This document shows, piece by piece, positions 19,888 through 30,314 of a DNA stretch of 64,000 nucleotides. The notes below the pieces were generated by a model. It saw only the letters and a program-made list of their open reading frames with translations, ran no database searches and was not told where the DNA came from. Origin of the DNA: Oscillospiraceae bacterium (GTDB lineage: Bacteria; Bacillota; Clostridia; UMGS1883; UMGS1540); the NCBI GenBank assembly GCA_015068765.1, contig SVJY01000004.1, positions 8,888 through 72,887 on the forward strand. The letters run 5' to 3'. Both the position numbers and the translations under genes were made by a program. Positions within the stretch are counted from its first letter, which is position 1. Each line of letters opens with the position of its first letter.

Positions 19888-20571
19888 TCATTCTCCTTTA
19901 TTCTTTTCCAAATATTCCCGTTCCGCCTGGGAAAGCCGCAAATAGAACGGGGCAACCTCATGAGGGGAAAGGGGCGAAATTGTTTGTGCTGCCATCGCCA
20001 CGGAAGCTGCCCGATGATGGACAAGATGGGCCGGTGCGAAACGAGCTCTGTCTCCCATTTTATCCATAATTGCCGCCCGATGTACTGCGACACCGTCCCC
20101 CACAAAAAGGGCTGTGTCCAATTGGGATACTAAGTCAGAAAGCGGAATGGCACGCATGGGCGTGACCTCTTCTATTCTGCTGTCCCTTGCACGGTACGTT
20201 GCCGTATAAACCTCGCCACGTCTCGCATCCATGATAGGAACAATAATGCCCTCATACGCTACCATCGTATATGCCAGTCCCAAAAGTGTGGGCACCGGAA
20301 TCAAGGGCAAATCGGCACCCAGTGCCAGACCCTTCGCCGTCGCCATACCAATCCGCACGCCGGTGAAGGAGCCGGGGCCGGCACTCACCGCCACCGCATC
20401 CATATCCCCAAGCGTTTTTCCTGCGGCAGACAGTGCCGCATCCACCAGGGGCAGAAGCGTTTGGGAATGGGTGTGCCCATTATTTACAAACTGTTCGCTG
20501 AGAAGTGTATCGCCGCACAAAACGGCGGCACCGGCACTGATTGCCGCACTCTCAATAGCCAATATATTCAA
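19888..20571 (-). CDS. tsaB: tRNA threonylcarbamoyladenosine biosynthesis protein TsaB
   Basis: MNILAIESAAISAGAAV ... AVSAGPGSFTGVRIG YeaZ/TsaB motifs. Confidence 0.88.
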   Translation of the reverse strand: MNILAIESAAISAGAAVLCGDTLLSEQFVNNGHTHSQTLLPLVDAALSAAGKTLGDMDAVAVSAGPGSFTGVRIGMATAKGLALGADLPLIPVPTLLGLAYTMVAYEGIIVPIMDARRGEVYTATYRARDSRIEEVTPMRAIPLSDLVSQLDTALFVGDGVAVHRAAIMDKMGDRARFAPAHLVHHRAASVAMAAQTISPLSPHEVAPFYLRLSQAEREYLEKNKGE

Positions 20572-20574
20572 GGA

Positions 20575-22359
20575 TTATTCCTCCGTTTTTGCATCTTCTG
20601 GTGTGCCGTAAATCGGCAGAAGCACGCGTACCGTTGTTCCCCGTCCCTTGCCGCTCTTGATGGTAATCCTGCCGCCATGGGCCTCTACGATTTCACGGGC
20701 AATGGCAAGTCCCAGCCCCGTGCCGCCCATTTTACGGCTTCTGGCTTTGTCCACCCGGTAGAACCGTTCAAAAATTCGGGGCAAATCTGCCTCCGGAATC
20801 CCGATACCGGTATCGGTCACCGTCACAATCGCCTCGGTAAGACGTGCCATACATTCCACATGCACACAGCCATGCTCCGGCGTATATTTTATGGCGTTGG
20901 AAACCACATTCACAAGCACCTGCTCAATTCTGTCCTTATCTCCGTTTACCGGTGGCATTTGCGGTGCACTGTTTTGGAAGGAAAGGGTTTGCCTGCGTTT
21001 GTCCGCTTCCAGACGAAGCCGTTCCACCACACTGCCTGCAAGCTCCGGCAGGGAGAAGGGCTCTTTCCGGATTGCGTTGCCGTAATCCAGCTGGGACAGC
21101 ATGAGAAGGTCTCGTACCAGTCTGGTCATACGGTCTGCCTCACTACAGACCACGCCCAGAAAGTTTTTCTCCATAGACCCCTCTTCTGCGGCTTCTAAAA
21201 GTGTTTCGCTGTAGCTTTTCACATTCGTAAGCGGCGTGCGGAGCTCGTGAGAAACATTGGCAACAAATTCCCGGCGGGATTCTTCCAGCCGTTGCTGCTC
21301 CGTAATATCCTGTAATACCGCCACAATGCCGCTTGCCGGGCCCTTATCCGGCGTAAGCTTTGCAAAATAAGCACGAATATGGGTGTCGTTTACCGTCAGG
21401 TGTTTTTCCACCGTATTATCGGTTTCCAGATACAAAAGGGCATTCATGGTAAGACTAGTTCCAAGCCGGGCGAACAGCTCGTCAAACGGCTCGTCCTCGT
21501 CTTTGATGCAAAGCATTCGCCGGGCGGCAGGATTCATGTGCATCACACTTCCGTCCCGATAAAATGCCATAACGCCGTCTGCCATGTATGTCAGAATGGT
21601 TTCGACCTTACTCTTTTCCGCGGCAATATCCGCCAGCGTCCGTCTCAGCTCCGATGCCATGGTATTGAACGAACCGGTAAGCTGGCCGATTTCATCTGCA
21701 TACCGTACCTCGATATTACTTTCAAATTCACCGGCGGCAATTTTTTCCGCCCGTTTTTTTAGCGAAACAATAGGGGCGGTAATCGTCCGGGACAAAATCA
21801 GACCCAGAAGCACTGCCAGCACAAGACCCAAAAGAAGTCCGCCGAGAATAATCGTGAAAATATTCTCCAAAATACCATACAGCTCTTCCTTACTGTCACT
21901 GATATAAACAATATACGTTGCCTGTCCGTTTTGTATGACAGGATAGGCGTAGTCCATTACCTCGCCCCGTCGGTCCACACTGCTACCCACCTGTCCGGAA
22001 ATGGCGGTGAGCACATTGCCGGTGGCATGTACTGTCTGTGCCCCGTCCGGTGCATACAAGACAGCCGCATCCCAGCCGCGGAGAAGATAGAAGTTCCGGT
22101 AGGAGTCAATCCCCATTCGTCCCGTAAAGCTATCCAAAAGCGTACGGAGGGCTTCCTTTGGGTTTTCGGAGGATGCCGCTGTGCCAAGCTGTCCCACAAA
22201 GTCGGCAGTAAACACCGTCTGCTCCATTTGCGTCCGGAATTCATCGTGATAATATTTACTGATACTGTTTAGAAGGAATGTACCCACCGCCAGCATAACG
22301 GAAATAACCAGTAGCAGAAAAACCGTGAGCACCTTCCATTGAATACTCTTAAACATCAA
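20575..22359 (-). CDS. Sensor histidine kinase, WalK/VicK-like architecture (2 TM, extracellular domain, HAMP, PAS, HisKA, HATPase)
   Basis: HELRTPLTNVKSYSETLLE H-box and GGTGLGLAIAREIVEAHGG G-box. Overlaps the upstream response regulator by 4 nt. Confidence 0.88.
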   Translation of the reverse strand: MMFKSIQWKVLTVFLLLVISVMLAVGTFLLNSISKYYHDEFRTQMEQTVFTADFVGQLGTAASSENPKEALRTLLDSFTGRMGIDSYRNFYLLRGWDAAVLYAPDGAQTVHATGNVLTAISGQVGSSVDRRGEVMDYAYPVIQNGQATYIVYISDSKEELYGILENIFTIILGGLLLGLVLAVLLGLILSRTITAPIVSLKKRAEKIAAGEFESNIEVRYADEIGQLTGSFNTMASELRRTLADIAAEKSKVETILTYMADGVMAFYRDGSVMHMNPAARRMLCIKDEDEPFDELFARLGTSLTMNALLYLETDNTVEKHLTVNDTHIRAYFAKLTPDKGPASGIVAVLQDITEQQRLEESRREFVANVSHELRTPLTNVKSYSETLLEAAEEGSMEKNFLGVVCSEADRMTRLVRDLLMLSQLDYGNAIRKEPFSLPELAGSVVERLRLEADKRRQTLSFQNSAPQMPPVNGDKDRIEQVLVNVVSNAIKYTPEHGCVHVECMARLTEAIVTVTDTGIGIPEADLPRIFERFYRVDKARSRKMGGTGLGLAIAREIVEAHGGRITIKSGKGRGTTVRVLLPIYGTPEDAKTEE

Positions 22360-23042
22360 TCCGCCTTCAGGTAGTAGCCTACACCACGTTTTGTAATGAT
22401 GTATCTGGGCTCTGCCGGGTTTTCCTCAATTTTTTCACGTAGTCTGCGAATCGTAACGTCTACCGTACGCACTTCGCCGAAATATTCATAGCCCCAAACC
22501 TGCTCCAGGAGATTCTCACGAGTGAAAATCCGACCCGGCTGTTGGGCAAGAAATTTGATCAGCTCAAATTCCCGCAGCGTCAGCTCCACAACCTCTCCGT
22601 CCCGGGTAATTTCGTACCGGTCACACAAAATGCAGAAATCGCCGAAGCGGATAATCTGATCCGTTTTTACTTCGTCCTTATCCAAACGGCGAAGATGTGC
22701 CTTCACTCTCGCCATAAGCTCACGCACGCCAAAGGGCTTTGTAATATAATCGTCTGCACCCATTTCCAGGCCAAGCACCTTATCCAGCTCCTCGTCCCGT
22801 GCCGTCAGCATCAGAATGGGCACACGGCTCTTTTCCCGTACACGGCGACACACGTCAAAGCCATCCATTCCCGGAAGCATGACATCCAGAAGGATGAGAT
22901 CCGGTGCCTTGCTAAGTGCCATAGAAAGACCGCTTTCTCCGTCCAGTGCATAAATCACCTTATAATTTTCCCGTTCCAGGTTGAATTTCAGAATATCAAC
23001 AATAGGTTTTTCATCTTCAATGATTAGAATCAGCTTTTGCAT
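22356..23042 (-). CDS. OmpR/PhoB-family response regulator
   Basis: REC domain (DLILLDVMLPGMDG) plus winged-helix domain. Start at ATG 23042 with GAGGTG RBS rather than the upstream GTG. Confidence 0.9.
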   Translation of the reverse strand: MQKLILIIEDEKPIVDILKFNLERENYKVIYALDGESGLSMALSKAPDLILLDVMLPGMDGFDVCRRVREKSRVPILMLTARDEELDKVLGLEMGADDYITKPFGVRELMARVKAHLRRLDKDEVKTDQIIRFGDFCILCDRYEITRDGEVVELTLREFELIKFLAQQPGRIFTRENLLEQVWGYEYFGEVRTVDVTIRRLREKIEENPAEPRYIITKRGVGYYLKAD

Positions 23043-23161
23043 ACCTGTCACCTCGTACAGTATTATTTCATATATTATATACTATTTTTTTGCACTTGTC
23101 AAGGGTTTGAACCGTTCTTCTGCTGTTTATAACAAAAACCCGACGCACGGTCGGGTTTAGG

Positions 23162-24046
23162 CTAATTTTCAAGGCAAGACAATAGAGCTTCCATGTTCTC
23201 TTCGGCGTACTCGATTTCCTCCGAATATGCCCTTGCCGCCTCCCTTACGGGCACGCCGGTAAGGGACAGGATAAAGCGTGTGGCATGGAGGGCAAAGGCA
23301 AGACGTGCTCTGTACTGTCCGTCCACAAGGCCACCGGGGAAATGCCTGCACAAAAAATAGGCAAACAGCCGGGGTGCATATGTTTCCGAAAGGGTGATGG
23401 CATCCCTTGCCCCTTCCAGCATTTTGAGCCAGTCATCGTGCAGAATTAAAAGACCGCCGTAAAAATCCCGCCACGCTTTTGCTGATTTTTCCGGTAAGGT
23501 AACGGTACACCGCCGGGCAATCTCTTCAAACCGTTTTTCCACAGGCACAGTGATGTCATACGCCATATCCAAAAGCCGATCCCTAAGGGCAAGCACCTGC
23601 TCTTCTTCCGGCGTAAGCTCCTCTTCGCCGTCTCCGGAAAAAAGAAGAAACGTTGGCTTTTCTGCCCGGGACAAAATCAGGTCTGCCGCCGCTTCACAGC
23701 AAAGCCCCAACCCCATTTCTATGCGACCGGTAAAAAAATTCCGGTACCGTGGGTGGTCAGTGCAGATGTGGCATAGGGCTTCCTCTCCCATTTCCAGAAT
23801 AATGTCGCATAGATTTTCTTTATTGAGAAAGGGACATCGGCGGTCAGCACCCCGAATAAAGTGGGCACCGTCCCCGTCCACGGCAATATTTTCCTGAAGT
23901 CGCCTGCCGATTTCACCGCCGACTTCTCTGTATCGTTGATACGCCGTGTCGTCCACATCAATTTCCCAGCCGATACAGCAGCTGTGCTGACACTTTCCTG
24001 CCGTACAGGCAAAATCCCGGTAATAGGAAGGGACATAAATTTGCAT
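23162..24046 (-). CDS. YkgJ/FliB-family cysteine-cluster (CxxCxxCC-type) protein
   Basis: DFACTAGKCQHSCC N-terminal cysteine cluster of the flagellin-N-methylase/YkgJ family. Start moved to MQIYVP with GGAGGAGAG RBS. Confidence 0.6.
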   Translation of the reverse strand: MQIYVPSYYRDFACTAGKCQHSCCIGWEIDVDDTAYQRYREVGGEIGRRLQENIAVDGDGAHFIRGADRRCPFLNKENLCDIILEMGEEALCHICTDHPRYRNFFTGRIEMGLGLCCEAAADLILSRAEKPTFLLFSGDGEEELTPEEEQVLALRDRLLDMAYDITVPVEKRFEEIARRCTVTLPEKSAKAWRDFYGGLLILHDDWLKMLEGARDAITLSETYAPRLFAYFLCRHFPGGLVDGQYRARLAFALHATRFILSLTGVPVREAARAYSEEIEYAEENMEALLSCLEN

Positions 24047-24066
24047 ACGTGCTCTCCTCCGCCCCG

Positions 24067-24501
24067 TCACTGTCCGTATTGCCCGGTCAGATATACAATC
24101 GCCTGCCGGTAGCCGGCAAAGCCCATACCCATATAGGTTTTTTCGCACGCCGGACGAATATAAGAAATCTGTCGGAACGCTTCTCGTTTCGTTACATCGG
24201 AGAGGTGCACCTCCACCGCTGGCAGTGCCACCGCCTTCAGTGCATCCAAAATCGCTACACTGGTATGGGTGTAGGCGGCAGGGTTAATCACAATCCCGTC
24301 CGCTTTCCCATAGGCTTCCTGGATTTTCGTCACTATTTCCCCTTCGTGGTTCGATTGAAAGACTTCTACCTCCGCTCCTGTCTCCCGGGCGGCTTCCTGA
24401 ATATAGTCCACAAGGTCTGCATACGTTTCCTGTCCGTATATTTCCGGCTCTCTTTTACCCAGCATATTCAAATTCGGTCCGTTAATCACAAGAATTTTCA
24501 T
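24067..24501 (-). CDS. aroQ: 3-dehydroquinate dehydratase, type II
   Basis: ILVINGPNLNMLGKREPEIYG signature. 144 aa. Confidence 0.92.
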   Translation of the reverse strand: MKILVINGPNLNMLGKREPEIYGQETYADLVDYIQEAARETGAEVEVFQSNHEGEIVTKIQEAYGKADGIVINPAAYTHTSVAILDALKAVALPAVEVHLSDVTKREAFRQISYIRPACEKTYMGMGFAGYRQAIVYLTGQYGQ

Positions 24502-25717
24502 ACAGTGTAAGCACCCTTTCTGTCATATCTTCCGTCTCAAAACGGTTCTCTGTGACAATATCGGCAAACCGAGCATACAGCGGTTGCCGTTTTGCATACA
24601 TTTGGTCAAGGCTTCCCTGCCGGGAAAGCGGACGTCCTGTGGTGGGCAAGGTCTCGATGGGACGCTGTAGCCAGACGATTGTGCCGTTTTGATGCAAAAG
24701 GGGATAATTTTCTGCCCGTGTCACACAGCCGCCACCGGTGGCGAGCACCGTGCCGCTTTGCATACCAAGCGTAGCAAGCACCTCCGTTTCAAGGGCACGA
24801 AAGCCCTCTTCCCCCACCTTCTCAAAAATCTCCGGAATCGATATCCCTGCCCGCTCCCGGATAACATCGTCTGCATCCACAAAGGGTCTTCCGGTCTTTC
24901 CGGCAAGCTGTCTTCCAAGTGTGGATTTTCCACAGCCGGGCATCCCGATAAGCACAATATTTTTCTGCTCTCTGCGAAGCCGGACGGTCACGCTGTCAAT
25001 CAGGCTGTCCGACAGCTTCTTTTCCCCAAAATATTCTGCACTTTCCTTCGCCTGTGCCACCAGCATGGAAAGACCGTTTGCGTGGGGAATGCCAAGGCGT
25101 TCCGCCTCTTGCAAAAGTGCCGTTTTATCCGGGTTATAAATTAGGTCTAAAACCCCACTGCACCGGGTGAAGGCTTCCAGCTTTACCGGGGAAGTGCCGG
25201 GATGCGGATACATACCCACCGGGGTCGTATTCACAAGAATATCCCCGTCGTAGTGGCGGCTGATATTATCATAATTCTCCGGGCCGCTTCTGGAAATGAC
25301 AACCACCTCTGCCGCCCCCTTGTCCCGAAGCACGGCACACGCTGTTACTGATGCCCCGCCGCTACCGAGGACGAGCACCTTTTTCCCCTTCGGGGAAATG
25401 CCTGCCTTCTCCAGCATATAAGTAAAGCCGTAATAATCCGTATTATGTCCGAAAAGCGTACTGTCCGGATTTTTGACTACGGTATTCACGCTCCCCAGCC
25501 GTCTCGCCGTCTCCGACAGTGTATCCATATACGGGACAACCGTTTTTTTATAGGGAATGGTTACATTGATGGCATCGAAGGGCTTTTCCTGCATGAACGA
25601 TGCCACCTTATCCTTCTCCTTTTCAAAAAGTGTGTAGGAATAGTCGCCGAGATAACGATGAATCTGTGGAGAATAGCTGTGGGAAAGCTTTTCTCCGAGT
25701 AAACCGCACCTTCTCAT
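24482..25717 (-). CDS. aroE: Bifunctional shikimate dehydrogenase / shikimate kinase (AroE-AroK fusion)
   Basis: N-terminal AroE (GEKLSHSYSP, NVTIPYK). C-terminal shikimate kinase with P-loop GMPGCGKST. Confidence 0.88.
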   Translation of the reverse strand: MRRCGLLGEKLSHSYSPQIHRYLGDYSYTLFEKEKDKVASFMQEKPFDAINVTIPYKKTVVPYMDTLSETARRLGSVNTVVKNPDSTLFGHNTDYYGFTYMLEKAGISPKGKKVLVLGSGGASVTACAVLRDKGAAEVVVISRSGPENYDNISRHYDGDILVNTTPVGMYPHPGTSPVKLEAFTRCSGVLDLIYNPDKTALLQEAERLGIPHANGLSMLVAQAKESAEYFGEKKLSDSLIDSVTVRLRREQKNIVLIGMPGCGKSTLGRQLAGKTGRPFVDADDVIRERAGISIPEIFEKVGEEGFRALETEVLATLGMQSGTVLATGGGCVTRAENYPLLHQNGTIVWLQRPIETLPTTGRPLSRQGSLDQMYAKRQPLYARFADIVTENRFETEDMTERVLTLYENSCD

Positions 25718-26868
25718 ATCATTTCCGAATAACTGCCCAGATACCTAAATTCCTCGCTGATTTTATCCAGCTCACACACAAGCTGCACAAAGGCTTCGGA
25801 ATACACACTGGTCTCCAGGTCAAAATAAAACATAAATTCAAAATTCCGACCGGGCATAGGACGGCTTTCCAGCTTAATCAAATTGATGCCGATTGTATAT
25901 AGCCTCGCCAACACCTTATACAGTGCACCGGCTTTATGGGGCAGTACCATCATAATGCTGGTTTTATCGGCACCTGGATAAATTTCCAGCTCTTTGGAAA
26001 TACAGATAAAGCGTGTATAATTATTGCTGGAATCCTGTGCCGCCTCGCACAGACATTTTAGTCCGTAATACTGGGCACAATATCGGGAGCTGAGTGCCGC
26101 CAAATCCCGGCGGTCAGACTCTGCCACGATTTTCGCCGCCTGTGCCGTGTTCTCCACTGTCGTAACCTTTACGTCGGGACCGAGAGAGGCTAAAAAGCCC
26201 TGGCACTGGCGGATTGCCTGTTCATGGGTGAGGATTTCCTTCACCTCAGAAAGGGCAACACCCTCTTTTGCCAGAAGGTTATGGTCCACCTTAATGCGGA
26301 CGCTTTTTGCAATATAGAACCGATGCTTCAGCATCAGGTCATACACGGTGTTCACCGATCCTGCCGTGCTGTTTTCAATAGGCAATACCCCATAACGGCA
26401 AAGCCCCTTTTCAATGGCGGAAAAAACCTTGTCAAACGTATCAAAATACATAATATTTGCACTGCCGAACATTCTGTCGCAGGCAATCTGGGAATAGGCG
26501 CCCTCCACACCTTGGCAGGCAATCATGGCACTTTGCGGAAAGTCGCGGTTCGTATTTGCCCCGATTGCTTCCACAATGGTTTTGTACAGCTCGTTTTCCC
26601 TGTCCAGCGTCTTCTCCTGATAGGAACGGCTCAGTTCAAAGAGGAGCGAATACAGCACGCCCGTATAAGAAGCAAATTTTTCCTTGGATTTTGCACGCAC
26701 ATCTGCCAGCTTTTCCCTCTCTCTTTTTGTGTCGAGAACCGGAAGACCGTTTTCCTTTTTATAGGCGGCAATATCGCCGCAGATTTCCATACGTTCCTGA
26801 AAAAGACGTATCATCTCATCGTCAATTCTGTTAATTTCGTCCCGATACTGTGATAATTGATTATTCAT
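25714..26868 (-). CDS. pheA: Bifunctional chorismate mutase / prephenate dehydratase (P-protein)
   Basis: AroQ-type CM N-terminus (LSQYRDEINRIDDEMIRLFQER), PDT domain, C-terminal ACT domain. Confidence 0.9.
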   Translation of the reverse strand: MNNQLSQYRDEINRIDDEMIRLFQERMEICGDIAAYKKENGLPVLDTKREREKLADVRAKSKEKFASYTGVLYSLLFELSRSYQEKTLDRENELYKTIVEAIGANTNRDFPQSAMIACQGVEGAYSQIACDRMFGSANIMYFDTFDKVFSAIEKGLCRYGVLPIENSTAGSVNTVYDLMLKHRFYIAKSVRIKVDHNLLAKEGVALSEVKEILTHEQAIRQCQGFLASLGPDVKVTTVENTAQAAKIVAESDRRDLAALSSRYCAQYYGLKCLCEAAQDSSNNYTRFICISKELEIYPGADKTSIMMVLPHKAGALYKVLARLYTIGINLIKLESRPMPGRNFEFMFYFDLETSVYSEAFVQLVCELDKISEEFRYLGSYSEMI

Positions 26869-26886
26869 CGTGATTTTCCTTCCTCT

Positions 26887-27987
26887 CTATTTCGTCCGCC
26901 ATATTGTTTCGCTATCTAATAATGCATCGAGTAGAACCAGTGCCGTCACTGCTTCCAATACAGGCACTGCCCTCGGCAAAATACAGGGATCATGCCTTCC
27001 CCGAACGGATAAAACCGCCTCTTCCTTTCGCGAAAGGCAAACGCTCTCCTGCTCCTTACCGACCGAAGGCGTGGGCTTTATTGCAACCCTATATACGAGA
27101 GGCATACCCGTGGTAATGCCGCCCAGCACACCGCCACAGCGATTTGTCCGTGTTTTCACCGTTGCCCCCTCAAAATAAAATGCATCGTTATTTTCGCTGC
27201 CGTATAAAGCTGCACTTTCAAAGCCGTTGCCGAAGGCAATGCCCCTTACTGCCGGTACGCCGAAGACAGCCGCCGCAATTCTCCCCTCCATCCGAGAAAA
27301 CATGGGTGCACCAAGTCCTGCCGGAAGACCCATTGCCGCCACTTCAATCACACCGCCAACAGAATCCTTTTTCTCCCGTGCTCTGTCGATCTCCGTCTGC
27401 ATTGCCATACCCTTTTGATCGTCCCATACCGGGAAGGCTTTTCCCGCTATTTGCCGAAGCATAGGTAGTTCCTTATCGGTATAGTCGGGTGCACTTCCCT
27501 CTACGCCGTGAACGGAACGGATATGGGCAAAGACCTCTACGCCCTTTTCCCGGAGCATCTGTAGGGCAATTCCCCCTGCAACAGTGAGAGGTGCCGTCAG
27601 TCTGCCGGAAAAGTGACCGCCGCCTCTGCCATCCTGAAAGCCGCCGTATTTCATCACCGCCGTCATATCGGCGTGGCCCGGCCGGGGTACGTCGCAGAGT
27701 GCCTCGTAATCTTCGGAACGGGTATTGGTGTTGCGAATGATTGCCATTACCGGTGCACCGGTCGTAATATTCTTCAAAAGTCCGGACAGAAATTCCGGTG
27801 CGTCCGCCTCCTTCCGTGGCGTAGAAAACCGGTCTCCGCCCGGTGCACGACGCTTCATAAAAGCAGAAAGTGCTTCCATGTCCACAGAAAACCCTGCCGG
27901 CAGACCGTCAATGATTACGCCGATGGCCTCGCCGTGGGATTCTCCTGCCACTTGAACCTTAATGTGGTTGCCAAATACACTGCTCAT
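26887..27987 (-). CDS. aroC: Chorismate synthase
   Basis: MSSVFGNHIKVQVAGESHGEAIGVIIDG signature. 366 aa. Confidence 0.93.
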   Translation of the reverse strand: MSSVFGNHIKVQVAGESHGEAIGVIIDGLPAGFSVDMEALSAFMKRRAPGGDRFSTPRKEADAPEFLSGLLKNITTGAPVMAIIRNTNTRSEDYEALCDVPRPGHADMTAVMKYGGFQDGRGGGHFSGRLTAPLTVAGGIALQMLREKGVEVFAHIRSVHGVEGSAPDYTDKELPMLRQIAGKAFPVWDDQKGMAMQTEIDRAREKKDSVGGVIEVAAMGLPAGLGAPMFSRMEGRIAAAVFGVPAVRGIAFGNGFESAALYGSENNDAFYFEGATVKTRTNRCGGVLGGITTGMPLVYRVAIKPTPSVGKEQESVCLSRKEEAVLSVRGRHDPCILPRAVPVLEAVTALVLLDALLDSETIWRTK

Positions 27988-29255
27988 ACCCTTTCCTTCC
28001 TTTCAATCTGTCCCCCTAAAAGGGTGAAATGCTCCCAGAATCCGGGGTAGGATTTATTGACCGCCTCCGCCCCCTGTATGGTAACCGCCTCTTTGCAAAG
28101 TATAGAAGCCACAGCCGCCGCCATGGCAATCCGATGATCGCCTGCACTGTCTACCGTACCGCCGCAAAGGGGCTTGCCCTGCACAATCAGTCCGTCCGCT
28201 GTTTCTGTTATGTCCCCACCTAATCGAGTGAGCATGGCGGAAACGGTTTTAAGGCGGTCACTTTCCTTTATCCGAAGCCTCTCTGCACCGTAAATCCGGG
28301 TCGTACCCTCCGCCGCAGTGGCAAGCACAGCTAAAATGGGAACTAAATCGGGAATCTGTGCCCCGTCAATTTCTATCCCCTTCATAGGTGCCTTCTTTGC
28401 CGTAATTCCGTTTTCTTCGTGCTGTACGGTGGCCCCAAAACGGGGCAGAAGCTCTATAATCGCTTTATCGCCTTGGAGAGAGTGTGTGTCAAGGCCCAGG
28501 ACCGTAATGCCTTCGCCTATCGCCCCTGCCACAAGCCAGAAGGCGGCGTTGGACCAATCGCCCTCCACCTGTAGCCTTTCCTTTTCGAGAAATGCCGGCT
28601 TTTGTCTGCCGGGAATTTTATAGGTTCCGTCGGCATACGTAAACCGGATACCGCTTTGCCGGAGTGCCGCCTCGGTCATGGCGATATACCGAACGGACTC
28701 AATTTTCCCGGTCAGCGTCAGCGTGCTGTCCGCCGCAAGAAGCGGCAGGGCAAACAATAATCCGCTAATAAACTGGGAGGAAACGTCGCCCGGCAGCGTA
28801 AACGCACCGCCCCGAAGCTGACCGCCACACAAAATCCCATTTTCCCCTTCTCTCGAAAGCGTCATGCCATGGGCACAAAGCTGTTCCCAAAGGGGAGAAA
28901 GCGGTCTCTGGCCAAGCCGCCCCGAAAGCAAAAATTTTGCCTGTTTTCCCAGTGCCCCTACCACCGGCAGAAGAAAACGCAGTGTGGAGCCGCTTTCGCC
29001 GCAATCCAAAAGGCATGGCGTATCTGCCGCCTGCATGGGAGATACTTTAAATCCATCCGGCGTTCGCTCCGTTCGTGCACATAGTGCAGAAAGGCACCGT
29101 GCCGTGGCATCAATATCCTCTGAGGATTCACTGCATAAAACGGTAACCGCCTCCCCTGACAGAGCACCGCAAAGGAGTAGCCTGTGTGCCTGCGATTTAG
29201 AAGCAATGCTGTTGATTCGCCCGTGTAGGGCTTGTGGGGTAATTGTTATATCCAT
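27984..29255 (-). CDS. aroA: 3-phosphoshikimate 1-carboxyvinyltransferase (EPSP synthase)
   Basis: SKSQAHRLLLCGALS and LDCGESGSTLRFL motifs. 423 aa. Confidence 0.93.
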   Translation of the reverse strand: MDITITPQALHGRINSIASKSQAHRLLLCGALSGEAVTVLCSESSEDIDATARCLSALCARTERTPDGFKVSPMQAADTPCLLDCGESGSTLRFLLPVVGALGKQAKFLLSGRLGQRPLSPLWEQLCAHGMTLSREGENGILCGGQLRGGAFTLPGDVSSQFISGLLFALPLLAADSTLTLTGKIESVRYIAMTEAALRQSGIRFTYADGTYKIPGRQKPAFLEKERLQVEGDWSNAAFWLVAGAIGEGITVLGLDTHSLQGDKAIIELLPRFGATVQHEENGITAKKAPMKGIEIDGAQIPDLVPILAVLATAAEGTTRIYGAERLRIKESDRLKTVSAMLTRLGGDITETADGLIVQGKPLCGGTVDSAGDHRIAMAAAVASILCKEAVTIQGAEAVNKSYPGFWEHFTLLGGQIERKERV

Positions 29256-29258
29256 TTT

Positions 29259-30314
29259 TCACTCCATTCCCTGCTTCAGAAAGGGAAGCAGTCCGGGCAC
29301 CGAGATTGGGTGCAGTCTGCATTTTCCGATTGTCTCCGGCACAACCAGCGTCACCGTATCACCCGTCCGTTTTTTATCGGAAAGCATGGCATCGTATAGG
29401 CTTTCAGCGGTGTATTCCGTAGCCGTCGGCAAGCCAAATATTCTGCACACCTCGGCGATTTCCGTCGCCACCTCTTCGCCGCACAAGCCGGCACGGGCGG
29501 CACTTTTCGCCATAAGTACCATGCCGATCGCAACGGCTCGACCGTGAGAAACCGCATACCGGCTGTTTTTTTCAATGGCATGGCCTATTGTATGCCCAAA
29601 GTTAAGAAGCTGCCGCACACCGATATCTCTTTCATCCCTTTGAACAATGTCACTTTTCATGGCAATACATTCGCCAATCACCGCGGTCCGATCAAATGCC
29701 GTCCCTTTTTCCTGCAAATGCGTAAACAGGGATGCACTTCCCAAAACACCGTATTTGATTACCTCTGCCACGCCGTCTGCCTGATATGCCTCCGGCAGGG
29801 TATGCAGCAAATCCGGGTCACAAATCACCGCCGCCGGCTGATAAAATGCACCTGCCAGATTCTTGCCTGCCCGAAGGTCTATTGCCGTTTTGCCGCCCAC
29901 AGAGGAGTCCACCATAGCAAGAAGGGTGGTTGGAATTTGCATATACGGTATGCCCCGAAGAAATGTGGCGGCCGCAAAGCCGGCAAGGTCTCCCACCACG
30001 CCGCCGCCCAGGGCAATCATGAGGTCCTGCCGAGTTAAGCGGTTTTCTGCCAGAAATTCTAAAAGTGTCACATATGTTTCCGCATTTTTGGAGCTCTCCC
30101 CGTGGGGAATAACAAATTTCACGGTGCGGATTCCTTCCCGGGAGAGGGCTTCCTCCAGCATGCCGCCGTAAAAACCGTCCACCGTATCATCGGTTACAAT
30201 GGCGGCATACCCGTTTTTACAGTATGGCTGTATATACTTACCCGCCGCCCCGAAGCTGCCTGCTTCCAGAAGTACATCATAGGGCTTTTCCGCGGCTACA
30301 TGTATTTTTTTCAT
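29259..30314 (-). CDS. aroB: 3-dehydroquinate synthase
   Basis: ALGGGVVGDLAGFAAATFLRGIPYMQIPTTLLAMVDSSVGGKT motif region. 351 aa. Confidence 0.93.
   Translation of the reverse strand: MKKIHVAAEKPYDVLLEAGSFGAAGKYIQPYCKNGYAAIVTDDTVDGFYGGMLEEALSREGIRTVKFVIPHGESSKNAETYVTLLEFLAENRLTRQDLMIALGGGVVGDLAGFAAATFLRGIPYMQIPTTLLAMVDSSVGGKTAIDLRAGKNLAGAFYQPAAVICDPDLLHTLPEAYQADGVAEVIKYGVLGSASLFTHLQEKGTAFDRTAVIGECIAMKSDIVQRDERDIGVRQLLNFGHTIGHAIEKNSRYAVSHGRAVAIGMVLMAKSAARAGLCGEEVATEIAEVCRIFGLPTATEYTAESLYDAMLSDKKRTGDTVTLVVPETIGKCRLHPISVPGLLPFLKQGME

Noticed and set aside
22356-23051. GTG start at 23051 for the response regulator (MTGMQK...)
   Set aside because: The downstream ATG at 23042 has a properly spaced GAGGTG RBS and gives the canonical REC-domain N-terminus.
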